Of a DNA stretch of 64,000 nucleotides, positions 53,538 through 61,520 are shown piece by piece. The position numbers and the translations under genes were made by a program. The DNA comes from an uncultured Chloroflexia bacterium (lineage in GTDB: Bacteria; Chloroflexota; Chloroflexia; Thermomicrobiales; UBA6265): the NCBI GenBank assembly GCA_963724295.1, contig CAVRUC010000001.1, positions 32,001-96,000 on the forward strand, in the 5' to 3' direction. The first letter of the stretch is position 1, and every line of letters starts with the position of its first letter. The notes beneath the pieces were generated by a model. The model did not search any database, was not told where the DNA came from, and worked only from the letters and a program-made list of their open reading frames with translations.

Positions 53538-54674
53538 ATGGGCGTGTACGATCGACTCGGTATACGGCGGGTGATCAACGCGGACGCGACGTTGACCCGG
53601 CTCGGTGGGTCGCTCATGTCGTCCGAGGTCCTCGATGCCATGCGCGAGGCCGCGGGCAGCTTCGTCGACATGTACGAGCTGCAGCAGGTTGTGGGGAAAC
53701 GACTCGCCGAGCTAACGCGCAACGAGGCCGCATACGTCTCGACAGGAGCGGCCGCCGGGCTGGTGCTGGCCACCCTGGCGGCGATGACCGGGGGCGATCT
53801 GCCGACGATCGCCGACCTGATCGAGAGAGGGGAGGCACCGAGAAACGAGGTCATCATCCATCGCGCGCACCGTATTCCGTACGATCCGGCGATCCGGCTG
53901 GCGGGAGCGCGTATCGTCGAGATCGGCAATCGCCTGCAGACATTCCCCTGGGAACTGGAGGCGGCGATCGGTCCGCGTACGGCAATGGTTTTCTATTCCG
54001 CGGGCGTTCATCTCGCCGGTGGTGCGCTCCCGCTGGCAGAGGCAGTGGAGATCGCGCACGCCCACGGCGTCCCGGTGGTCGTCGATGCCGCCGCGCAGCT
54101 CCCACCGACGGAGAATCTGTGGCGGTTCACCCGGGAATTCGGCGCGGATCTGGCGGTGTTCTCGGGAGGGAAGGACTTCCGTGGACCTCAGGCCAGTGGG
54201 CTACTCGTCGGCACCGAAGCGATGATCGCGGCCGTCGCCGTCAACGGCTCACCCCACCAGCGACTCGCCCGCCCGATGAAAGTCGGCAAGGAAGAGATGA
54301 TCGGGCTACTTGTGGCGGTGGAGCGGTATGTCAATGAAGATTGGCACGACCGGGTGCGCCGTTATGAGGGAACCATCGAGCGCTGGATCGACCACTTCGA
54401 CGGCGTGCCTGACTTGGCCGCCTCGCGCGCCTTCCCGAACGAGGCCGGGCAGCCGACGCCGCGCTGCCGCATCACGTTCGCTCCCCACACCGGGTTGAGT
54501 GGCGCCGAGGTGGCCAGGTTGCTGTGGGAAGGGGACCCACGGATCGCCGTCGCCGTCGATGGACCAGAGGCAATCTCGATGACCCCCGAGCTTCTCGAGG
54601 AAGGTGACGAGTCGATCCTGTTCGACCGGATTGCTTCGCTCACATTGCAGCCAGCGGCCGCATCAGTCTCGTGA
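53538..54674 (+). CDS. SelA-like PLP enzyme (DgaE/D-glucosaminate-6-phosphate ammonia-lyase-like)
   Basis: VINADATLTRLGGS, TGAAAGL, VVDAAA, FSGGKDFRGPQASG, RPMKVGKEE. Confidence 0.8.
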   Translation: MGVYDRLGIRRVINADATLTRLGGSLMSSEVLDAMREAAGSFVDMYELQQVVGKRLAELTRNEAAYVSTGAAAGLVLATLAAMTGGDLPTIADLIERGEAPRNEVIIHRAHRIPYDPAIRLAGARIVEIGNRLQTFPWELEAAIGPRTAMVFYSAGVHLAGGALPLAEAVEIAHAHGVPVVVDAAAQLPPTENLWRFTREFGADLAVFSGGKDFRGPQASGLLVGTEAMIAAVAVNGSPHQRLARPMKVGKEEMIGLLVAVERYVNEDWHDRVRRYEGTIERWIDHFDGVPDLAASRAFPNEAGQPTPRCRITFAPHTGLSGAEVARLLWEGDPRIAVAVDGPEAISMTPELLEEGDESILFDRIASLTLQPAAASVS

Positions 54675-54720
54675 TCTCAGGCCGTGTCGAGGTCGTGTAG
54701 GGACGAGGAGTGCCGAACTC

Positions 54721-56022
54721 CTACCGATCCGCGTCGTAGCGGGCCAGGATGAGGCACGCGTTCTGACCGCCGAGTCCGAACGCGTGCTTGGCGACCACGT
54801 CGATCGTGGCGGCCCGCGCGGCGCCATGGACGATGTCGAGACCGATCTGCGCGTCCGGCGTCTGGTAGTTGAGCGTGGGCGGAATGGTCTGGTCGGAGAT
54901 GGTACGCACTGCCGCGATCGTCTCCAGCGCACCTGACGCACCCATGCAGTGGCCGAGGGCGCCCTTCATGGAGGTGACAGGAATCGATGCGGCGCGCTCC
55001 CCGTAGATGAGGCGAATCGCCGTCGATTCGGCGAGGTCACCCGCGGGCGTCGAAGCCGCGTGGGCGTTGATGTGATCGACGTCCTCTGGGCTGACCCCGG
55101 CATCGTCAAGCGCGGAGCGCATGGCGCGGGCGCCACCCGTGCCGTCCGGCAATGGCGCAATCGGATGATAGGCGTCATTCGACGTGCCGAAACCGAGGAC
55201 TTCGGCGTAGATGCGTGCGCCGCGGTTCAGGGCATGCTCGAGATCCTCGAGGATGAGCATCGCGGCGCCCTCGCCCAGGACGAACCCAGCCCGTGAGGCA
55301 TCGAACGGCCGGCTGGCAGCACCTGGATCGTCATTGCTATCGGTCACCAGCGCTCGCATGACCGCGAAGCCTGCCGCGTACATGGGGTGCTTCGTCGATT
55401 CCGTCGCCCCGCCGATCATGATCGGCGCGTTGCCGTCCCGGACTTCTTCGAACGCCTCGCCGATTGCCTGGGCACCAGTGGCGCAGGCCGTGGTCAGCGT
55501 CAAGCTGGGACCGTTCATGCCGAAGCGGGACTGAATGCCATATCCGGCCAGGTTATGCGGGAAAGAGACGTGGAGATGAATGGGCACCCCACGTACGCCA
55601 CGCTCCTTGTACGACTCCCAGGCATCGAGAAAATCGTCGTGAACCCCGGCGCCGCAGGTCCCGATGACAGCGCCAGCGGTTTCCAGCGAGGTTGTTGGTG
55701 CAAGAGACTCACAGTCGATCAGCCCGGCATCCATCAAGGCTTCGCCGGCGGCTTCCACCGCCAGCCGTGCGAAGCGCGATGTGTTGCGAAGCGTCTTCCC
55801 CTCGAGGAACCGGTTGGGAACGCTCTCGTCATCGACATCACCGCGGATGGTGCAGTTGATGATGGCGGGATCGAGATTCTCGGCGGTACGGATACCGGAC
55901 TCACCGGCCAGCAACCGCTCCCACAGCTCATCGGCGCTGGGTCCAAGCGAGGAAACCGCCCCCAGACCAGTGACGACCACCCGGCGCTGCGGTCGCGGTC
56001 GATTCCGTTCGTATTGTGTCAT
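54721..56022 (-). CDS. fabF: Beta-ketoacyl-ACP synthase II
   Basis: RRVVVTGLG, TACATG, SRPFD...GFVLGEG, INAHAAST, KGALGH, AFGLGGQN. Confidence 0.88.
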   Translation of the reverse strand: MTQYERNRPRPQRRVVVTGLGAVSSLGPSADELWERLLAGESGIRTAENLDPAIINCTIRGDVDDESVPNRFLEGKTLRNTSRFARLAVEAAGEALMDAGLIDCESLAPTTSLETAGAVIGTCGAGVHDDFLDAWESYKERGVRGVPIHLHVSFPHNLAGYGIQSRFGMNGPSLTLTTACATGAQAIGEAFEEVRDGNAPIMIGGATESTKHPMYAAGFAVMRALVTDSNDDPGAASRPFDASRAGFVLGEGAAMLILEDLEHALNRGARIYAEVLGFGTSNDAYHPIAPLPDGTGGARAMRSALDDAGVSPEDVDHINAHAASTPAGDLAESTAIRLIYGERAASIPVTSMKGALGHCMGASGALETIAAVRTISDQTIPPTLNYQTPDAQIGLDIVHGAARAATIDVVAKHAFGLGGQNACLILARYDADR

Positions 56023-56113
56023 CGTGTCGGCCTCGGCATATTCGCGTTCAGATTTGGTATGGGGAGGAGTTCAACGCTCCACATCAACTCAAAAGTATGA
56101 TCGAAATCGTCAC

Positions 56114-56233
56114 GGGTGATGAGGGTGTCAGGGTGGTTACTCGCTCAGCGCCTGCGGACGCAAGTGGTGATCCGGTGATAGGGGAACGAAAGCAGACTCC
56201 CTATCACCCGATCACCTCATAACCCGATCACCC
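56114..56233. repeat. GGGTGAT(A)-family repeat, copy E
   Basis: GGGTGGTTACTCGCT...GTGGTGATCCGGTGATAGGGGAACGAAAGCAGACTCCCTATCACCCGATCACC. Confidence 0.8.
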
Positions 56234-57009
56234 TCTCGATGACCCTTGTAACCAGCGTGGTACGTGGCGACAAAGCCATCGACCGTCCATGCCGCGCGAC
56301 CGACGAAGAGCCCGTCGATATCCGGGAGCGCGGTGAACGTGCCGGCATTGCCTGGGTCGACGCTGCCGCCATAGAGAATTGGAATCTCGGCGCCAGAGCC
56401 AGCGAACAGATCTTCGCAACCGGATCTGATGAGCCTGGCAATTGGTTCGACATCCCCGGGGCTGGCTGGCGTGCCGCCGGCGCCGATCGACCAGACCGGT
56501 TCATAGGCAATCTGAATGAGCCCCAGCTGCTCCGGTTGAGCGCCGTGCAAGCCGATCCGTAACTGCCGAAGTACCGTCTCACCGCCAACGTCGAACGATC
56601 GTTCCTCGGCTGTCTCACCGACGGCGAGCAGAACGCGCAGGCCAGCGTTGAGCGCCGCGAGCACCTTGCGATTGAGGTCTACGTCAGTTTCGTGGAAGTA
56701 GCGGCGTCGCTCGGCGTGACCCAACAGGACCAGATCGACGTCGAGGGCGAGCAGCATGCTCACCGAAATCTCACCCGTATAGGCGCCGTCGGGCGCCCAG
56801 TGGACGTTTTGCGCGCCGACCCAGATCTGATGTGGTGGCTGGCCAGCGACGTCTTTGACTGCCGATAGTGACGTGAACGGCGGAATGACAAAGAGATGCG
56901 TATCAGTGGCGATCTGGATCGACGCGGAAAGCTGCTGATAGAACGCCGCCGATTCGGCCGGCGTTTGGTTCATCTTGAAATTGGTGCCGAAGACAAACGG
57001 GCGAGCCAT
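56212..57009 (-). CDS. Triosephosphate-isomerase-family protein, TpiB/EryH (erythrulose-1-phosphate isomerase)-like
   Basis: GTNFKMN, FVIPPFT, GHAERR, AYEPVWSIG, YGGSV, DGLFVGRAAW (canonical TpiA has GxLVGGAS). Confidence 0.85.
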   Translation of the reverse strand: MARPFVFGTNFKMNQTPAESAAFYQQLSASIQIATDTHLFVIPPFTSLSAVKDVAGQPPHQIWVGAQNVHWAPDGAYTGEISVSMLLALDVDLVLLGHAERRRYFHETDVDLNRKVLAALNAGLRVLLAVGETAEERSFDVGGETVLRQLRIGLHGAQPEQLGLIQIAYEPVWSIGAGGTPASPGDVEPIARLIRSGCEDLFAGSGAEIPILYGGSVDPGNAGTFTALPDIDGLFVGRAAWTVDGFVATYHAGYKGHREGDRVMR

Positions 57010-57013
57010 TAGG

Positions 57014-57111
57014 AGGGTGTTGGGGATTAGGTCATGGGGTGATAGGGAGAACGACAGGTTGTCTCCTATCACCCCATGACCACGAGCGGAGCGAGTAATC
57101 ACCCATCACCC
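57014..57111. repeat. GGGTGAT(A)-family repeat, copy F
   Basis: GGTCATGGGGTGATAGG...CCTATCACCCCATGACC hairpin plus core CACGAGCGGAGCGAGTAATCACCC. Confidence 0.85.
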
Positions 57112-57811
57112 TCCGTCGAAGATCGCGCGCCCGATGCGCACCGAGGTGGCCCCCTCCTCGATGGCTACGCGAAAGTCATCGCTCATCCCCATCGACAGCG
57201 TGTCGAGATCGACCGTGGAGTGCTCGCGTTGCAACGCGTCTCGCAATCCGCGCAGTGCTGAAAAGACCGGCCGGGTTTCTTCCGGGTCGGCGACCAGCGG
57301 CGCTATGGTCATCAGCCCATCGGGGCCGCAGCCAGGGTGAGCGTACCAGGAGTCGCATCAGATCTGACGCGGACTCGGGTGCGCAGCCCGCCTTCTGCGG
57401 TTCGCGCGCGACATTGACCTGGAGCAGCACCGAGACGGGCTCGCCACGGCGCTCGGCTTCTTTCTCGAGCACGTCGATCAGCGAGATGCGGTCGACCGAT
57501 TCGATGATGTCGAACAGCGCCATGGCCGGCTTCACCTTGTTGGATTGAAGTTGTCCAATCAGGTGCAGCACCGTCCCATCCGGCAGCGGCCGCAAGTCCG
57601 CCAGCTTGCGTTTGGCGTCCTGGACACGGTTCTCTCCGAAATGGCGCAAGCCAAGTGCGTAGGCCTCGTCGATGGCGTCCCGGTCGACGGTTTTCGTGAC
57701 GGCGACGATCCTCACATCTTCCGGCCGCCGGCCCGACGACCTCGAAGCGTCGGCAACCGTGGCGAAAACCTTCTCGACGCGAGCTCGCAACGAGGGTGAG
57801 CGAACACTCAC
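57106..57811 (-). pseudogene. yggS: YggS/PLPBP PLP homeostasis protein; frameshift near 57323, probably a sequencing error
   Basis: VAVTK, FGENRVQD, HLIGQLQSNK, QVN. An extra C in the CCCC run separates it from GLMTIAP...LSMGMSDDF...VRIGRAIF. Confidence 0.88.
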
Positions 57812-57831
57812 CCTATCACCCTCGTTCACCC
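57793..57831. repeat. Short GGGTGAT(A)-family remnant, copy G
   Basis: TCACCCTATCACCCTCGTTCACCCT, also present at ~58747-58770. Confidence 0.7.
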
Positions 57832-58674
57832 TTCGTGGATCGAGATCATCGCGCCGAAACGCCCCGTCTGCGCGCCCTGACCGCGGTGGGAAAACCAGTG
57901 GTCGCCGTCGCATTTGGTACAGATGCCGCTCACCTCCATATTGGCGGCACGCACACCGGCCCGGTTCAGGAGCAGTGCGTTGGCCGCGGTCAACGAGAAC
58001 CGGTGGCGAAGGGGATCGGGCACCCGAAGAGTCTTGACCGGGGACGGGCCGCCCGTCGCCAGGGCCTCATCGGCGTCGGCTCCCGCTACCTGGCGCCAGG
58101 CGTCGACGACGTCTTCGCCCACGTCGTAGCAGCAGAGTCCAATGGCTGGACCGAGAACGACATGGACATCGTCGGTCCGTGTCCCAAAGGCAGCGGCCAT
58201 GACCCTAAGCGTTGCACCGACGATATTCGCGACGGTTCCTCGCCACCCAGCGTGGACAACGCCGACGGCCGGCCCGCGGCGCCCGGCCCCGGGGTCGACG
58301 ACCAGCACCGGCTGGCAGTCGGCATGCAAGGTCATCAGCACCGGTCCGACCTCGTTCGTCACCAACGCATCGCCGCGTCCGATTTGAGGCGATCCCGGTC
58401 TGGCGCCGTGCCCGGCGTGCGCCTTCGTGACGACGTGCACGTCTCGCCCGTGAATCTGACCCAGTGTGACCAGGTGCTCCGGTTCGAAACCCATTGCGGC
58501 GCACCAATGCCGGCGCATCGCCCAGGCGTCGTCCCGGTCACGAGGCGCGCTGAACCCGATGTTGCCATGGGCACGGCCCAAATCCTCGACGCGTCGGGTC
58601 AGCCCGTGCGCCACACCGGGAATCGACGAGAGCAGCTCGCTTTGCCAAGGCGCGACGGAGGGTGATGGGGTCAT
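57826..58674 (-). CDS. pgeF: PgeF/YfiH (LACC1-family) protein
   Basis: QIHG, GDALVT, HADCQPV, HAGWRGT, GPAIGLCCYDVG, CTKC...FSHR. Confidence 0.93.
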   Translation of the reverse strand: MTPSPSVAPWQSELLSSIPGVAHGLTRRVEDLGRAHGNIGFSAPRDRDDAWAMRRHWCAAMGFEPEHLVTLGQIHGRDVHVVTKAHAGHGARPGSPQIGRGDALVTNEVGPVLMTLHADCQPVLVVDPGAGRRGPAVGVVHAGWRGTVANIVGATLRVMAAAFGTRTDDVHVVLGPAIGLCCYDVGEDVVDAWRQVAGADADEALATGGPSPVKTLRVPDPLRHRFSLTAANALLLNRAGVRAANMEVSGICTKCDGDHWFSHRGQGAQTGRFGAMISIHEG

Positions 58675-58770
58675 AGGGTGATCGGGTGATAGGAAGTCTG
58701 CTTTCGTTCCCCCTATCCCCCTATCACCACGAGCGGCGTGAGTAATCACCCTATCACCCTCGTTCACCCT
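58660..58770. repeat. GGGTGAT(A)-family repeat, copy H
   Basis: GGGTGATGGGGTCATAGGGTGATCGGGTGATAGG...core CACCACGAGCGGCGTGAGTAATCACCC at 58725-58751. Confidence 0.85.
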
Positions 58771-60425
58771 CCGATCTCCCGCGCGGCGTCGAAGATCATC
58801 TGATCGATAACGCGCTCGACCGGGGCACGGTCGTCGGTGAAGACCGAACCGCCGGCTTCCATCGCGCGGATGTTTCCCGAGGTCAGGCTCCAACCCGCGA
58901 CCTCGCGCACCGGTGATGCCTCGGGGAGGCGGTCGACGTTCTCGATGAGAGCATCGGCCGAGAGCGGCGATCGGCTCCCGACCAGGATCGTATTGGTGTA
59001 CCGATCGACGTCGACGGCCACGACGTGGGGAAAGACGTCGCGCATGGTGGCCGCGAGCGAGTCGACGAGCCGGAAGTCGGTGCGGGTGCGACCGGCATTG
59101 ACGACGGCCACACCGCCGGGCCGCAGGTGAGCGGAGACTTCCTGGAAGAACTCGCGCGAGGTCAGCTGGAACGGGATGTAGGGTTGGCGATAGGCGTCAA
59201 CGCCGACCAGATCGAATGTCGCATCGGAGGCCCTCAAGGCATAGCGGCCATCCGCGACGATGACGTCGACATTCTGGAGCTCATCCAACGCGAAGTATTC
59301 ACGGGCGACATCGTTGATCTCGGGGTCGATCTCGACGCCGGTGATCGGGATCGGACCGAAGGCAGCGGTCAGCTGCCTGGCCACCGTACCGCCCGCCAGG
59401 CCGATGAGGAGGACATCCCGCGGTGCCGGCATCCTCGAGGTTGTCGCTGGCGCCGCGCTCTCGACCATCAAGGGCGCGACCATGAAGTAATCCCAAGGGC
59501 CACCCGTGAGGAGCTGATCGGGATCGTAGACGGAATGGACGGCGTGGCCGTCGTTCAGGATGAGCGAGCGGCGCCCGTCTTCATCCACGACCTGAATGTA
59601 GTTATATGCGGACTCTCGCTCTTCGATAAGGACGCCACGATCGGGCGGCCGCACGCCCGGGGGCGAGGCCAACGCCAGCGCCGGAACGGCGAATGCAGTC
59701 AGTGCCGCCGCGAGAGCGAGCGGCCGGGCACGCGTCAGGACAAGCCCGGCTATCGCCGGAACGAGGAGCACCAGGCTGAGCGCGATGAACGTCGCGGCCG
59801 CACCGATCAGCGGGATCAGGACCAGCACTGGAATGAAGCTGCCGGTGATCGAGCCGATCGTCGAAAGCGCGTAGAGCGATCCCGCCGTCTTGCCGGCCGA
59901 CGCCACATCTGACAGCTCGAGGCGGATGGCAAATGGCGAGATGAAGCCAAGGAGCGTGACGGGAGGCGCCAGGAGAAGCAACGTTCCCGCGAGCGACCCG
60001 TAGAACGCGCCGGCGTCGAGCTCGCGAAAGGCCTCCAGCGATCCTGTGAGCAGTGGCCGCGAGACGAACGGGATGGTGCCGATCGCGACTGCCGCGAGCG
60101 CGGTGACCGCGTACAGCACAACCGGCTCCGGTCGCCGGTCGGCAAGTCGTCCCCCGAGAAAGTACCCGAGCGCGAGAAACGCCAGAGTCAACCCGATCAG
60201 CGACGCCCAGATGAAGGTCGAGCTGCCGAAAAATGGCGCGAGAAGACGACTTGCGGTGAGCTCGACGCCAATCGAGGCAAAGCCGCCGGCAAACACCAGC
60301 ACGTGGAGGAGCGGCGCCCCGGCAGCAACGCGCCGCTCCGCGCGGCCGCGCTCGGCGACCCTGTCATTTGCGTGAGGCGTACCCGCCTCGAGTCTGTCGA
60401 CCTCAAGGATTCCGGTTTCGACCAT
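58764..60425 (-). CDS. Fused membrane domain/spermidine synthase-like SAM-dependent protein
   Basis: GVELTASRLLAPFFGSS TM block; ESAYNYI, LIGLAGGT, VEIDP, DGR, VDAY, FTDDRAPVE; start inferred. Confidence 0.88.
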   Translation of the reverse strand: MVETGILEVDRLEAGTPHANDRVAERGRAERRVAAGAPLLHVLVFAGGFASIGVELTASRLLAPFFGSSTFIWASLIGLTLAFLALGYFLGGRLADRRPEPVVLYAVTALAAVAIGTIPFVSRPLLTGSLEAFRELDAGAFYGSLAGTLLLLAPPVTLLGFISPFAIRLELSDVASAGKTAGSLYALSTIGSITGSFIPVLVLIPLIGAAATFIALSLVLLVPAIAGLVLTRARPLALAAALTAFAVPALALASPPGVRPPDRGVLIEERESAYNYIQVVDEDGRRSLILNDGHAVHSVYDPDQLLTGGPWDYFMVAPLMVESAAPATTSRMPAPRDVLLIGLAGGTVARQLTAAFGPIPITGVEIDPEINDVAREYFALDELQNVDVIVADGRYALRASDATFDLVGVDAYRQPYIPFQLTSREFFQEVSAHLRPGGVAVVNAGRTRTDFRLVDSLAATMRDVFPHVVAVDVDRYTNTILVGSRSPLSADALIENVDRLPEASPVREVAGWSLTSGNIRAMEAGGSVFTDDRAPVERVIDQMIFDAAREIGG

Positions 60426-60748
60426 TGGGTGAGGCGAGTCCGTCCTGTTCCTTCGCGTTGGACGCGCTCCAGGAGCACGTTGCATCCGCCGGCTGGAGTA
60501 TAGTTCTGGTTCCCGCGAGTGGTATTCCCGAGTCGGCGCACGGCGGCGAAACCGAGAGTGAACGCGGCGCGTTGACTTTGATAGCACGGCGGTCTTGGGA
60601 CGTTCGTGTCTTGACATCGTCGCCGATGCGTGTAGGCTAGTTGGTAGCCGCATGCCGTGGGGTGGCTGAGGCGCGGCGGGACTCCGGGCGGGAAGCGCGC
60701 TTCCGCGCCAGCGGCAGGCACAGCGTGAGAGGGGAGGAACTGGATCCA

Positions 60749-61006
60749 ATGAAGAAGTTCATGAGCGGTCTTGCGATCGCCGCGATTGCCTCATCGGTCT
60801 TCCTGGGGGCCGCGTCGGCCCAGAGGGATGCAAGCGCTGGGAATGGCGGGGTTGTGACCTCTACTAGCGATGGCGGACCGGTCACGGTTGGTAATACTGA
60901 CAGCGGCAACGCCAGTGGTTCGACCACTGTTGTCAACGCTGCCGAGTTGGTGGGAACCGAGGATCTTGCAGCGGCGATCATCGCCCTGGTCCTTGCAGGC
61001 GGATAA
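60749..61006 (+). CDS. Small secreted Gly/Asn/Ser/Thr-rich protein
   Basis: SD GGGGAGG; signal MKKFMSGLAIAAIASSVFLGAASA|Q; promoter TTGACA-16-TAGGCT at 60611-60638. Confidence 0.8.
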   Translation: MKKFMSGLAIAAIASSVFLGAASAQRDASAGNGGVVTSTSDGGPVTVGNTDSGNASGSTTVVNAAELVGTEDLAAAIIALVLAGG

Positions 61007-61035
61007 ATAATCTGGTCCTTTTCTGCCGACGTAAC

Positions 61036-61066
61036 AGAAGACCGGCCCGATGCGGGCCGGTCTTCT
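61036..61066 (+). terminator. Intrinsic terminator
   Basis: AGAAGACCGGCCCG-ATG-CGGGCCGGTCTTCT followed by TCGTTT. Confidence 0.8.
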
Positions 61067-61520
61067 TCGTTTGTTGCACAGCGTCGCGGCTCACGTGTTC
61101 GCTGCCGACCATCCTCGTTGCCCGCGACCGCTCGCGTTACCTGCGTCCCGCCACTGCAGCTCACTCTGTTCTTTCGCAGGTTCAACTGCTGGTCCGCGGG
61201 CGTTTGCGATCGATTTCATTGGCACCCCACGTGAAGGCGCGGTCGCGCTACAGTCCTCGCAGGCACCAACGACCGCATTTCCGCCGATCACGCAATTTCG
61301 CATAATTATAGTTATCCGCAAACAAGATCGCAGGGGCGGAAATTCGGCCCCTAGCCGACCTGCTTGGTCGTCCGCTAGTTGAAGATCGTATCGGATCGCC
61401 CCATCCCTCGGCGGTTGAGCTTGTCAATGCGGGACGGCAGCGTCAGCCAGTCCACGGACTTAGGGACCGTTCGCGGCAAGCGGTTTCAAATCACCGGCGT
61501 CCGATCCTCGAACGATCTCC

